DNA of 64,000 nt from Octopus sinensis (GCF_006345805.1 NC_043019.1:9981360-10045359); one strand, 5' to 3'; counted from the stretch's first letter, positions 1 to 12,093 are shown. Notes: generated by a model from the letters alone, not told the origin. A program made the numbers and translations.

Positions 1-600
1 ACGGCCTCCCCACAAAATCTAGAGTTCTAGACATAAATTCGCACCATGCGAGCTTACTTGCCTGCATCCCCTTCGTCTCACTTCCTCTTTCTCTCCCCTC
101 CCCTTCCTTCTTAGTGCTGCTGTAATCATTCACATGATAGGTTGGCCATTTAACAGCTCTCCCCAAAAATGTGTAAGCCTTTACTGTTACTTCCTCTATT
201 TGACGCAGCAACATCAACAGTAGCCAAATCAACAGCCGTAAATCTGCCATTATTTGTTGTCTAAAGAAATCAGGGGAGACAATGAGGACCCCTCGTCCTT
301 ATGGTAATAATAACATAAGTATAGTTATAATTGTGAAACTATAGTAGTGAACTAGTAAATAATAAGATAGGGATTATAGTAATAATAATGAAATTATAAT
401 CGTGAACAAGTAAATAATTGCGAAGATTGATAATTACCCAGAATGATTAACAAGTGGCGTTGTGATACCGTCGAGTCGTCGGCGACGAAACCGGTAACCC
501 CACTAAGCTTGCTTAGTGAGATGGGTGGATTTTCGACACCCTGCGGGATTAAAAACAAAACCCGGCAAAGAGCAGAGGAACTTAAAAAGTCAACGGCCAT

Positions 601-774
601 TCCGAAAACGGATAGACAGAACTCGTGGGCCTTGGTTGGCACTGACCAAGAGAAGGAACATTCTGATTTAAAACTAGGGTAGATAGGACACCTTAGTTAC
701 AGTGGTGAGAACCTACCAATGTCCAATGGCTCCATGCCTGGGATGAAGGTAAATGAACTGCGAATCGGGACTTA
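601..774. repeat. Left arm of 174-bp inverted repeat (partner 4622-4795)
   Basis: Reverse complement of 4622-4795 matches with 1 mismatch (gaccAagag vs gaccGagag). Confidence 0.95.
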
Positions 775-2815
775 ACTCCAGAGCAATATTTGGATGAAGA
801 TACGAGACCAACTGACGTTCGCCTGTCTACTAGTGAGAATCAAGATCATAGTCCCCAACACACAGAAATGCGAAGGGAACCGGTCCAGATTATGGGTAGT
901 AAGAGCTCTGCTGTCTTGGTTGACAATCTTACTAGGGGTAGCCACCAACCGATATTTTTATCGAGACACTAACCTTAAAACACATACTTCAATGTTGAGT
1001 GAACATGTATAATACAAATTTATCAAATAATGGTGTTAATGAGGCTGGAACCAAAGGTGAAAGCCTTTCGCCCAGCAGGTGCCCTATAGTTGTCATCCAG
1101 AGACTGCTTGTAAACAAAGCCAGAGGCAGAGAAGAAGGTGGGAATAAGGAGGCAAACCGGACAATAATTGAATGTTGAATCAGTGGTGAACCCAACAATG
1201 AATGAAAGCAAAATGGAATGAAATACGACTCTTCGGAATAAGAGAGCAATGGTTAGCCGACCAGGCAAGAGCAATGAGAACAAAAGGGTGGTTAACAGAC
1301 ATGGGAATAAAAGAGATAAAAAGGAAAGTAGAAAATAAAAATAAAGCTTCACCAACAGATAACGTGCCTTGTGAGAAGAGAAAAATGAAAAGTGGCAGTG
1401 AAGAAGTAGAGCAAAGTGTAAACGTAAATGCATTCTCAGCCAATGAAGCAGAAGTAATAGGAAGAGCTATAGCACAAGAATAAGATGATGATCAACAAGA
1501 TATAATGAGGATGCTGTGCCGATATATTAGAGATGACCAGGATCAAGTACCCTTCAACCTGAGGTACACTGACCGATGCAAGCTCATGGTTGAAGCTGAA
1601 AATATAGATTCGGTTCTTGGGCTATTTCAGATGAGAGATATAACTGAAACTAACAAGATTATTTGGGCTGCAGCTATGGTTGCAGCAGACAGAGTTGGAT
1701 ACAAATTATTTTGAAATATGTAACGACTCGATGCTAAAGTTCGTTGAAAACCACGAAAGACGTAATAAGCTTCATTCTGTTATGAAGGAGAGCAAAATAT
1801 TTTCAAATGAGTTTATGCATAATACCCAGGTTGAACAGCTTGAGGGAAGTGCAGCAACTGTAGTTGCAAAGAAGGTGAAATCAGTAGCAAAGCAAAATGC
1901 GTTTGAACAGTTGGTTGATAGGTGGGAACAAAAACCTTTACATGGCAAATATGTTGTCTGTTGAAAAACAAGTTGATATAGAACAGAAGCACACCCATCA
2001 GTAGCTACGGAGCTCAGGGATAAAGGCAGAGAGTGAAGGCTTTATTTTGATTGCTCAAGATCAGAGCTTATTGACCCGGAGCTATCAGGTCAATGTGATG
2101 AAAACTGGTGTAGACCCAGAGTGCCGATACTGCAACGATGGGATAGAAACGGTGGACAACATAATCTCTGGATGTAAGGTTTTAGCGCCTGTAGAGCACA
2201 AATCAAGACATGACAGAGTTGGCTAATATCTACATTGGATAATGTGTCAGCATTATAAAATGAAAACTGCTGACAAATGGTACAAGCGCCACCCTGAGGC
2301 TGTAACTGAGGGAGGAAATGTAACGATTCTTTGGAACTTCTCAGTATGTGCGGACCGGATCACCAAAGCAAATGAACCAGATATTATTGTGGAAGACCAA
2401 AACAATAAAGTTTGTTTATTGATTTACATAAGCATAATATCTGTGACCATAATATCTCGGCAAAAGAATTTGATAAGCTCAGGAAATATAAAGATGTGCT
2501 GATTGAAATCGGAAAGATGTGGCATCTCAAGATGGTTACAATACCAGTGATTGTAGGAGCACTTGGAATGATCAAAAAAGGAACTGAAAATGATTTAAGA
2601 ATGATCCCTGGCTTACCATACATGCAGGAAGTGCAAAAGATTGTCTTAACTGGTAACATGTCACACGTATTAAGAAGAGCATCGTCGCTGTGAATTTTCT
2701 TTCCTTTTCCCCCCTTTATTTTATTTGTTTACTTCTATATTTTTCATTTTTTTTTTCGTTTTTTCTCTCTGTCTTCCCCTTTTTCTCTATCACATAACTT
2801 TATAAATAAACAATC
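775..2815 (+). mobile_element. R4/Dong-like RLE non-LTR retrotransposon, degenerate, RT domain internally deleted
   Basis: N-terminal block MKAKWNEIRLFGIREQWLADQARAMRTKGWL (ORF 1202). C-terminal WEQKPLHGKY, zinc knuckle CRYCNDGIETVDNIISGC (His to Asn), RHDRVG, and restriction-like endonuclease ANEPDIIVEDQNNKVCLLID...KEFDKLRKY...IPVIVGALG ending at stop 2693. T-rich 3' UTR with AATAAA near 2805. No RT motifs between the two blocks. Confidence 0.8.
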
Positions 2816-2932
2816 TGCGATGATTATTTTAATGGCCTACCAGTGTGTACAGTACGTTTCTCTGCCCTAGGTATCAGGAAGACATTCGGCAAGAAATGGA
2901 AATAGAATTGGAAGAAGATGCTAAAAAAATAA

Positions 2933-2987
2933 CAGCAGCAGCAGCAGCAGCAACAACGACAACGACGACAACGACGACGACGACGAC

Positions 2988-3074
<87 letters not shown>
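2933..3074 (+). repeat. Compound trinucleotide microsatellite (GCA)n(ACA/ACG)n(ATG)n(ATA)n
   Basis: Seen directly; explains the poly-A/T/M/I pseudo-ORFs. Confidence 0.97.
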
Positions 3075-3184
3075 TGATTTTTTTATTACCCACAAGGGTT
3101 TCTAGATAGAATACTATAGCTTATTGCTGTGAGCGCTTGAAGACATTCCACCTTCCAAACGCTCCCGCTTGGTCTCTATTTTAC

Positions 3185-4621
3185 TCAGGACTGCAGCTCC
3201 GTTAAAGAAACTAGCTGCGGAAATACGAGTTTGGCGAAGGGCGACCACACCTGTTCACCGTCAAGGAAGCACTGGAAATGTCGAAGCCTTAGCGCATGTC
3301 TGCGCATCATCAACCACAGCATGCCCAGGCCACCACACAGTGGATACTGACAGCAGATAGACCGGCTGGCCATCGGGACACATCCCATCCACAAAAAGCA
3401 GAAGGGTATACGCTCCAGCGTAATCAGATGGTGGCCAGGACGAAGCACGACAGTCAGGTGATAGTAGATGACGGATGTGATATACGCGTGAGCCACCTCT
3501 GCCCGACCTTTCAGGGATATTTTTCTCTTGGCCCATTTCTGGATGAGAGTAGTCACCCTGTTCGTTACCTCGTCTCCGTTTTTGTCCATCCGGAAGTCCG
3601 GACCGAGCCAGACTCCGAGCAATTTAACCGGTCCATTCGTCCAGCACCCAACGTCGCAGTTGGACGGCATGGACTTACTTCTCCAGGTGTCGAGCTGCAA
3701 GTCCACTGATTTTTCCTGGTTAATTGTCGCTCCTGAAACCGCCTCGTAGTCTCTGAGAACGGTGCCGATCATTTTTATGCGGTTATGATCCGACACCACT
3801 ACGGTGACGTCATCGGCATATGCCGACATGCATTTCCCACGTCCTAGATCACGCGGATGCCTCTCAACGCCTCCAATTTGTGTAGCAGAGGCTCGAGAGT
3901 CAGAACGTACAAAAGAGTCGAGAGGGGACAACCTTGCCGGATCGAGCGCACAATTCAGCTGTACACAGGCACAGGACAAGTAGAGTTTATCTTGAACCGG
4001 GTATTTTGAAATCTGCGTTTAACACGGTTAAGAGTTGAAAATCAATACGATCCCTTTTGTCTGCATCCCTTTTCAGCAGTGCTTCATCTCCTCGACTCAC
4101 AGAGCTTCCAGCCGTGGTAGATATCTGCCAAGAGGTCTCCAAACAAGACTGACATAACAGTACAGCTTTTGGCAGACTACCCAAGCAAGGCGATTTGTTT
4201 CCCACCACTCCGTGCAACCAACCATCGTCACTTCCCGTATTTCCGCAGCTGTTATAAACTTTGCACTGAAGTTCGTCACCCCAGCTGCGAGCTGTGTCCA
4301 ACTCTTAAGATAGGCAGTGAAATCCATCTAGCGTTCCGGCCTGCTATTCGTCTTGGACTAGTCGATTGAAGTGCTGTTGAAAAGCTCTAAACATCTATTT
4401 AGAGCGAGAAACATGCGCCCATTATACTCTGCCAAAGATCGAACCGTAGCTTTGTTGTTACGTTGTGTCTGCGTCAACAGAGCCCATCGAACAACTTTCG
4501 CCCCCCCCCCCCTCAGGTCTTACGGCGTGCACCTTAGCTCTAACAATAGAGCCTTCGTGCTTTACGTTACCTTTCCTAAGTGTCTCTTCAAAGTTTCTGT
4601 CTTTATCTATTCTATTTTTTC
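3185..4621 (-). mobile_element. Tx1/L1-clade LINE ORF2 fragment (linker plus reverse transcriptase), frameshifted
   Basis: ORF 3185-3979 contains SAYADDVTVVVSD, GATINQEKSV, GPVKLLGVWLG, WAKRKISLKGRAEV. Linker KNRIDKDRNFEETLRKG is homologous to ERNRIEENLARNLEEALRKG at 43400-43470. Confidence 0.85.
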
Positions 4622-4795
4622 TAAGTCCCGATTCGCAGTTCATTTACCTTCATCCCAGGCATGGAGCCATTGGACATTGGTAGGTTCTCACCACTGTAAC
4701 TAAGGTGTCCTATCTACCCTAGTTTTAAATCAGAATGTTCCTTCTCTCGGTCAGTGCCAACCAAGGCCCACGAGTTCTGTCTATCCGTTTTCGGA
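4622..4795. repeat. Right arm of 174-bp inverted repeat (partner 601-774)
   Basis: Direct base-by-base comparison. Confidence 0.95.
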
Positions 4796-5003
4796 TATAT
4801 ACGACTTTGCCCCTCCATGGAAAAGCCAGGCTTTGTGTCTAGAGTAGAAAGGATTCTTTTTATTATTAACAGAAAGGGCGATAAATTGGCAGAATCATTA
4901 GTATGTCGGACAAAATGTTTTGCGGTATTTGTACCGTCTCTTTTATCTTCTTAGTTCAAATATGCCACGCGGTTTTTTCCCATAGAGAATTGTAACCAAG
5001 TAG

Positions 5004-5008
<5 letters not shown>

Positions 5009-5075
<67 letters not shown>
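5009..5075 (+). repeat. (GA)n microsatellite
   Basis: Seen directly. Confidence 0.97.
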
Positions 5076-5078
<3 letters not shown>

Positions 5079-6169
5079 GATCACAGTACTTAATTGATAC
5101 TTTATCGATCCCGCGAGAATAAATGGCAAAGATCCGAATTTGAGAGTGTTTTAGTGGATTACAGAGACTGGAGTAAAATGAAAAGCAAAGTTGACATCGC
5201 CACGATTTGAACTTAGAAGGGAAAGAACCATATCGAACGATTCCTTCAATAGGTCACTAGATAAAAGTAGTACAAACGAAATCATTGTCTAATGAGGTAA
5301 AGAAAACGTCTGATGTTTTTTTTTTAAAGTTACCTACGTATGTCGTCTTAAATTTCCAACAATACCTAAGACAAAATGAAACCTGTAAAACTCCCAAAAA
5401 TGTGTATATGGGATTAAAATACTGAAAAACTAGATTTTACGTTAGCGATATGCTGTTATACGATATCGATCTATGTGGTCGGGTGTTAAAGATCAGATCA
5501 CGCCACGCAGCTATCAAGTAAAATGTTTGCAGCTGTAACTGACTTTCAATTTTCCTTCACCTCGTTATAAATATCATAGCAACTGCGAACATTCTCCCTG
5601 TCATCAACACATACGCACGCACACATACAAACACGTGCACACACACCCATGCATACACACACGTGCAACACACCAGCACAATACGCTATAACAAACATGA
5701 CTACGTTTGCCATTGTTGAAAGGGCACACCTAATAAGCAGTTACCTCAACACACACACACACAAACACACGTACGAATGCGCGCGCGCACACACAAATCT
5801 GCTCTACTCAAACAGACATATGATGATGAAAGACGTTCCAACCAGAACCATAACGTCTTTTTGTCCAATGTGCATTTGTAATCGTTTAGTTAGTGGAAGA
5901 AAGGGAAGTGCTCATGACCCTTTTCAGAGCCTCTGAGACTGGAAAGCAGGAGTAAGTAAGTTATTATGGAGCCAGGGTCCTGCTCGTAATGTTTTCAACA
6001 GGTTGAAAAGGCATCGAGGAACCACCTAATGTGAGGGTGGTGTAAAACTGGGCAACGGATTAAGTCTGATTTTAGGGTGCTTAAGTTTCTATTTCTAAAA
6101 GATCGAGTAACCTAATAGATGCCCTCTCGTTAGTTCATTCTACTGAAATTTGTTGTTGTTGTTATATAG

Positions 6170-6420
6170 CAGAGGCGCGTGGCTTAGTGGCTGAAGGGTT
6201 GTATTAATGACCATAAAATTTCGGTTTCGATTTCTGGACCAGGTGACGCTTTGTATTCTAGAGCAAAGCATTTCATATGGCGTTGCTCCAGTCCACTCAG
6301 CTGGCAAAAATGAGTCGTCCTGCAACCAACAGAGCGGTACCCTATCCGAATGTGAGAGGAATATTCATACGCCAAAGAATCTGGGAAAGCGGCCTTGTGA
6401 GCCCATGGATCGTAAAGGAC
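6170..6420 (+). mobile_element. tRNA-derived SINE (family 2), degenerate copy
   Basis: GGCGCGTGGCTTAGTGG box-A-like head, GGTTTCGATTTC box-B-like motif, and ttgctccagtccactcagctg body shared with 9888-10226. Confidence 0.7.
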
Positions 6421-7271
6421 CTCTGATCGTTTTTCTTTTGTTGTTTATAGCCTAAGGTCTACCCACCCACCTCCACCACACACACAATCGAGCAAATTGT
6501 AATCAAAGGCAAATCAGCCTTGACATCACCTTAATTTCAGACATCTAGGACTAAGTTATGTCCTTCCGCTTAGAAGGCAATTGTATGTGATTTAAAGGAA
6601 ATTTTACCGCTTTTTCTAACTGGTTAGATGACCGTATAGGGGCTCAGAATATTTGTTTCACATTTGTTTCATCTTGAGATAGCAAACACATCGAAGTTCA
6701 TTTATGTTCATTTCCATTTGTCACAAAATCGTCATCCACTCTACAAGTTTAGAAAAGTATGCTTATTGCTAATGATCTTCACACTTCCAATACGACTCTT
6801 TTATGTGTAAAAAACGACAAGGTTGAAAACCTGAATGGTCACGGTTTAAACACGACTGATCAACTTTATAGAAATATGAAAGTGTCTCAACAAAGGAAAC
6901 TATTATACAGGTCATTAAAGTAGCCAATACATAAGTCAACGAGGGACTCTATTGACGAGTCAACGAGAGAGTGTATACATTAGTCAACACGGGGACTTAT
7001 ACATTGACCAACGAGCAAGACTTTAAATAGTGCATATCAAAATTGAAAATTCTGGAAATATTGTTTACTGAGTTATTGTATAACGAAACGGGGAGTTGGA
7101 AAATTGATTGGGATTATTTATTCACCATTGTACATGTTTCATTTGCTACAAGGAATTACAGTTTTACAGGTTAGACATGGGGAACTGTAAAATTCTTTAA
7201 TTCCCATAAAAAATGAAACATGTTTGGTGGGAATTAAATAATACCAATAAATTTTCCAACTTCCTGTTTTG

Positions 7272-7330
<59 letters not shown>

Positions 7331-7680
7331 GGGTTTAGTATGCTGGTGATTGTTACGACATGGTGGGCATAACCCGAATTTACACAACCAACAAGGATGG
7401 GGTGAACCCAAACAACAACACACCTGAAGTTTTTGTAAAATGTTATTAACAATTAAGTGTCAGCACAAAAAAACCAGCCTACATACAAAACAAATATATA
7501 AGAACAAAAATAAATTAAGGCTACACTAGACGTACAATCAATATATTTATAAAGGTAATATATATATATATATATTTCGGAATGGTCATATTGCCAGTTT
7601 AGCCAATAAAAACACACGCACTATATATTTGGTGTTATTTTGCTTCACATAAAAAATCTTGCACAACAAATATTTAAACG

Positions 7681-7713
<33 letters not shown>

Positions 7714-8548
7714 TTCAGAAATTCGGATTCAGAAACGCGGTTTCAACTTGATTTCACAAACTTGGATTCGTAACTCTGGATTCACAAATTCGGTTTCCGA
7801 ACCTTGGACCTAAACAAATATATCTAATGTCAAAGTAACCATTTAAACTTAAAAGTTAAATGACACAAAACGGCTGCCAAACTACATCAATAATTATAGT
7901 AAAAAAAAAATTAAATAGTCAAACAAAAACATCTAGTTTGCTTTAAATTCACACAAAACTGCTTCATACAAGCATGCTGACTGACCATTAGACAAAATTT
8001 AGTTAGTTGTCTAATACAAAATAAAAAAGAAAATGGGCTACATTTAATTCATACATCGTCTCGCTATTTTCAATATTTATCTTAACAGAAAATAGCTGTC
8101 AAAATTACTCGACAACCTGGCACAGGTGCAGGGTTCAAATTTCACATAAGTGTTACAACATAACATAACTTAAGAGATTTTTTTGTACTCACCTAGATGT
8201 GACACAGAAATTAGTTTTTAAATGATAAGCAAAATGTTCTGGCGAATTCCTGGAGCATAAAATAATTCCATAAATGCCAAACATAAAGCACAAAGTGTAT
8301 AAACTAAACAGGCAATCACAGTTTCCAGAATCCAGTTGAACCTTGTCTCACAGATAAAAAAAAAACTGTCACGAAAAACTGGGGTACAATTATCTCTGCT
8401 TACAAAGGTTTGCTAAGATCTAACCAATTAGTTAGAGTTTCACAGTTTGGCTATTAACACCTAGCTTCCCCCATTTTGATAATAGACTTCATCCTTACCT
8501 TACAGTGCAGTATGAAAAAACGTCTCTTTACCTGTTTAACTTAACATT

Positions 8549-8715
8549 CTTTTCTACTCTAGGCACAAGGCCCGAAATTTTGGGGGAAGGGGCCAGTCGA
8601 TTAGATCGATCCCAGTACACAACTGGTACTTAATTTATTGACTCCGAAAGGATGAAAGGCAAAGTCGACCACGGCGGAATTTGAACTCAGAACGTTTCTG
8701 CCATCTCACCGCCTT
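8549..8715 (-). mobile_element. Abundant tRNA-derived SINE (family 1, head aaggcggcgagctggcagaa), internally deleted copy
   Basis: Reverse complement matches the plus-strand copies at 25210, 44863 and 45156 (gttctgagttcaaattccgcc..gtcgactttgcctttcatcctttcgg..aagtaccagtt..ctggggtcgat). Confidence 0.8.
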
Positions 8716-8875
8716 TTTACCTGTTTACCTTACGATAAAACGTTTTTATCGTGTTTTATAATTTCCTAACATGATCTAAACGAATATGTACGCGCTATAA
8801 CTGGGCATCCGTTAGGTGCCAAGTTCACAACTGAGGCTGGAGCTAGGGATCCGTAGTAGGCTTCCATGTTAGCAG

Positions 8876-9007
8876 ATATACATTAGAGGAAAAGCATATC
8901 AAAAACCAAGGCAAGACGAGTATGTCAAGTCATAATTATTTATTATAAATGACTGGAGATACTCGACCTGCCTTGGTTTTTTGATGTCCTTTTCTTCTAA
9001 TGTATAT
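8876..9007. repeat. Foldback palindrome with 58/59-bp arms, adjacent to a (TA)n array
   Basis: Arms 8876-8933 and 8949-9007 are reverse complements with about 7 substitutions and 1 indel. Confidence 0.9.
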
Positions 9008-9009
9008 AC

Positions 9010-9057
<48 letters not shown>

Positions 9058-9062
<5 letters not shown>

Positions 9063-9660
9063 TCAATTTAGGGTAGCAAAAAAATTCAATAGAAATTTAT
9101 CGCTACCAGCGGCCTGGTGGAAAAGAGAAAATAGTCATCGACTAAACATATAAATATAACAATTTAGGAGTGACCCTAACAGGTCATTCGTCCACCAGAA
9201 AGAGCAGCCATAACTCACATAATTCCACCAGGCCGCTGGTAGCGATAAATTTCTATTGAATTTTTTTGCTACCCTAAATTGACTAATTGATAATTTTCTG
9301 AATAATTCTGAGATTGAATCGGCAGTTTATATTTACTGCTGATAAGTTTGGCGCGAATACGTCAGTCTTGAAAATTTTAAGACAGATATTCCGTAGGCAT
9401 CGATACAGACGCCTCGTGTATATTTGTCTCTCCCAGGTTTTTTACTGATGAAGTGTAACCTATGGTAGATTGGCTTAATTTAATTTAATTAAGCTAATTT
9501 AATCATTAATGACACAGAAACGTTGCAACGTCTAAAAGATGAATTAGGGTAAGTGTTTTTAAATTTTCACCTAATTTCTGAATTACTACTACTTGGCGGT
9601 GTGAGTTATGGCTGCTCTTTCTGGTGGACGAATGACCTGTTAGGGTCACTCCTAAATTGT

Positions 9661-9665
<5 letters not shown>
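9058..9665 (+). mobile_element. (TA)n-embedded module with two nested perfect inverted repeats and a hammerhead motif (Penelope/retrozyme-like)
   Basis: 65-bp IR at 9058-9122/9223-9287; 66-bp IR at 9154-9219/9600-9665; hammerhead at 9440-9537; (TA)n on both sides. Confidence 0.65.
9440..9537 (+). ncRNA. Type I hammerhead ribozyme motif
   Basis: Stem I tttta/taaaa; CUGAUGA 9445-9451; extended AT-rich stem II; GAAA 9517-9520; palindromic stem III ACGUUGCAACGU; GUC cleavage triplet 9530-9532. Confidence 0.7.
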
Positions 9666-9714
<49 letters not shown>

Positions 9715-9739
9715 TATATATATATATATATGTATGTAC

Positions 9740-9771
<32 letters not shown>

Positions 9772-9788
9772 ATGTATATATATGTATG

Positions 9789-9887
<99 letters not shown>
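9660..9887 (+). repeat. Compound (TA)n/(TG)n/(TATG)n microsatellite
   Basis: Seen directly; source of the YIYI/CVCV pseudo-ORFs. Confidence 0.97.
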
Positions 9888-10226
9888 GGCGCATGGCTCA
9901 GTGGTTAGAGCGTCGAGCTTACGATCGTGAGGTTGTGAGCTCGAATCCCGGACCAGGCTGCGTGTTGTGTTCTTGAGCAAGGCACTTTATTTCACGTTCC
10001 TCCAGTTCACTCAACTGTAGAAATGAGTTGCGACGTCACTGGTGCCAAGCTGTATCGACCTTTGCCTTTCCCTTGGATAACACTGGTGGCGTGGAGAGGG
10101 GAGGCTGGTATGCATGGGCGACTGCTGGTCTTCCAAAAACAACCTTGCCCGGACTTGTGTCTAGGAGGGTAACTTTCTAGGTGCAATCCCATGGTCATTC
10201 ATGACCGAAGGGGGTCTTTACCCCCT
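9888..10226 (+). mobile_element. Full-length tRNA-derived SINE (family 2)
   Basis: Pol III box A TGGCTCAGTGG at 9894-9904 and box-B-like GCTCGAATCC at 9939-9948, then a central domain (gtgttcttgagcaaggcacttt); inserted in a TA/TATG array. Confidence 0.8.
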
Positions 10227-10293
10227 TTATATATATATATGTATGTATGTATGTATATATATATATGTATGTATATATATATGTATGTATATA

Positions 10294-10345
<52 letters not shown>

Positions 10346-10468
10346 GGTCCCGGGTTGAGTCGGGGTTAACCACAGTAAATAAGGTACTCAATACATAGCA
10401 GAGTAAATTAATTTATTTCATAGAAGGAGCATCGAAGCTCCTTCTATGAAATAATATATATATATATA

Positions 10469-10520
<52 letters not shown>

Positions 10521-10611
10521 GTAAGGTTAATCCAAACGGGAAAACAGAAAAAACAACAACACGTGGAACAATTACAGTATTATTATTATTAGGCGCTCAG
10601 GAAATATATAT

Positions 10612-10652
<41 letters not shown>

Positions 10653-10803
10653 TATATATATATATATAAATATATATATATGCATATATATATATATATC
10701 ATACATATATATTGTTGTGTCTGAGGAGGATCATTCTGTTTTAATGCCTTATTAATTAACACAGGAATTCACATAAAGAATCTTGCAAGCCAAATACAAA
10801 AAC

Positions 10804-10846
<43 letters not shown>

Positions 10847-10869
10847 CTGTACATATATATATATATAGT

Positions 10870-11180
10870 ACGGGCCCTAAGAAATTCTGGGTTTTGTAAA
10901 AACCTGCCTCTAGGAGGTCATTGTGAGAAGCCATATATGCAGGGAAGAGCATCGAACATTTTGGAGATCTTTTGCTCGCATTTGAGAACATGGCACTCAC
11001 ACTACTTAAGCCTCCACCCATATCGGCATTGGATATCTTTCCCTGGTTTGTGTCTGAATTATATCAATAAGGTGGAAAGAATCCGTGAAGTGCTGTGCAA
11101 ACTTTAATGGACCTAAAATCTTACGTTGCGCTTTCACCAGCAAGGCGACTTTCTAGTGCCCGGACGATTTGGAGGGGGCC
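10870..11180 (+). mobile_element. Decayed CR1/L2-like LINE RT C-terminal fragment
   Basis: Remnants resembling RPxLEY..VWS..INKVERIQ (cccatatcggcattggatatc..tggtttgtgtc..atcaataaggtggaaagaatc). Confidence 0.4.
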
Positions 11181-11233
11181 ACGTTGAGCATGTATACGTA
11201 TTTGTTTATGTGCGCACGTTTCTATGTAATCGT

Positions 11234-11293
<60 letters not shown>

Positions 11294-12093
11294 GTGTGTG
11301 TGTGTGTGCTAATGTGCGTGCGCACATATTATGTACATATCTACATCCAATTTATAATAAATGCGCTTTTCTTTAATGGACGCTTATAGCATTAGTCACA
11401 TCCATTAGCATCAGACCCAGCAGTACAATTCATGAGCGCACAATCTTGTGATGTCTCCTTAATGATTGCTTAACTTGACTAAAGGTTACATACACACTGG
11501 ATTGAATCCCACTCTTTCGTTCTATGTTTAGGATTCATTTTATCAACATGAGTAAAACAAGAACCACGCGAAGAAGCTTCTACATAATCTTTCGTCTTGC
11601 TGGGAATAGCAGTTGAATCTCTCTCAAATCCTATGCACCAATCCTTGACACACAAAAAATATATGATGGTCATAGCTGAAATGACTTTGACCACAAGTTT
11701 GCTCAATCAAGGGTGACCTGGCACTAAACGAGAACAATAACAATAGGAAAAATAGGCGCCAAGAAGGAAGCTTTTACGTGTTCAGTGACCTGCTCATAAT
11801 AACAACCTTATCTTCTTTAAACCACAACCCCCTAAATGAAAGGCACACTATGTAATGTTGCCCTACAGAAATAAAGCTAAAAATACTGAAATGGGAAGAG
11901 TCTAGTTAGCCAAATCTATATTTTGAATTATTGTCACAACCTATCCAAAGAATGGTCCAGCTCAAAAGTTATGTATTGATCAAAAGCTAATGAATATGAC
12001 ATACAAGATGCCTCACAGTATAACCGAACCTGGGACCTACTTATTGCCATGTAAACGTCTTAACTATTTTACCTAAAACACATAATTTTATAA

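Noticed and set aside
6930-7030. Four degenerate repeats of about 25 bp (agtcaacgag..); also the aacccttc repeats near 21540-21720
   Set aside because: Not CRISPR-like: repeats are degenerate, there are no unique spacers, and the context is eukaryotic; treated as a decayed minisatellite
7809-8370. Strong minus-strand donor (AG|GTGAGT at 8192) and an acceptor at 7810
   Set aside because: No sustained reading frame or recognisable product; could be non-coding exons but unsupported without RNA data
9888-9960. tRNA-like sequence
   Set aside because: No complete acceptor stem; it continues into a SINE body, so it is a SINE head and not a tRNA gene
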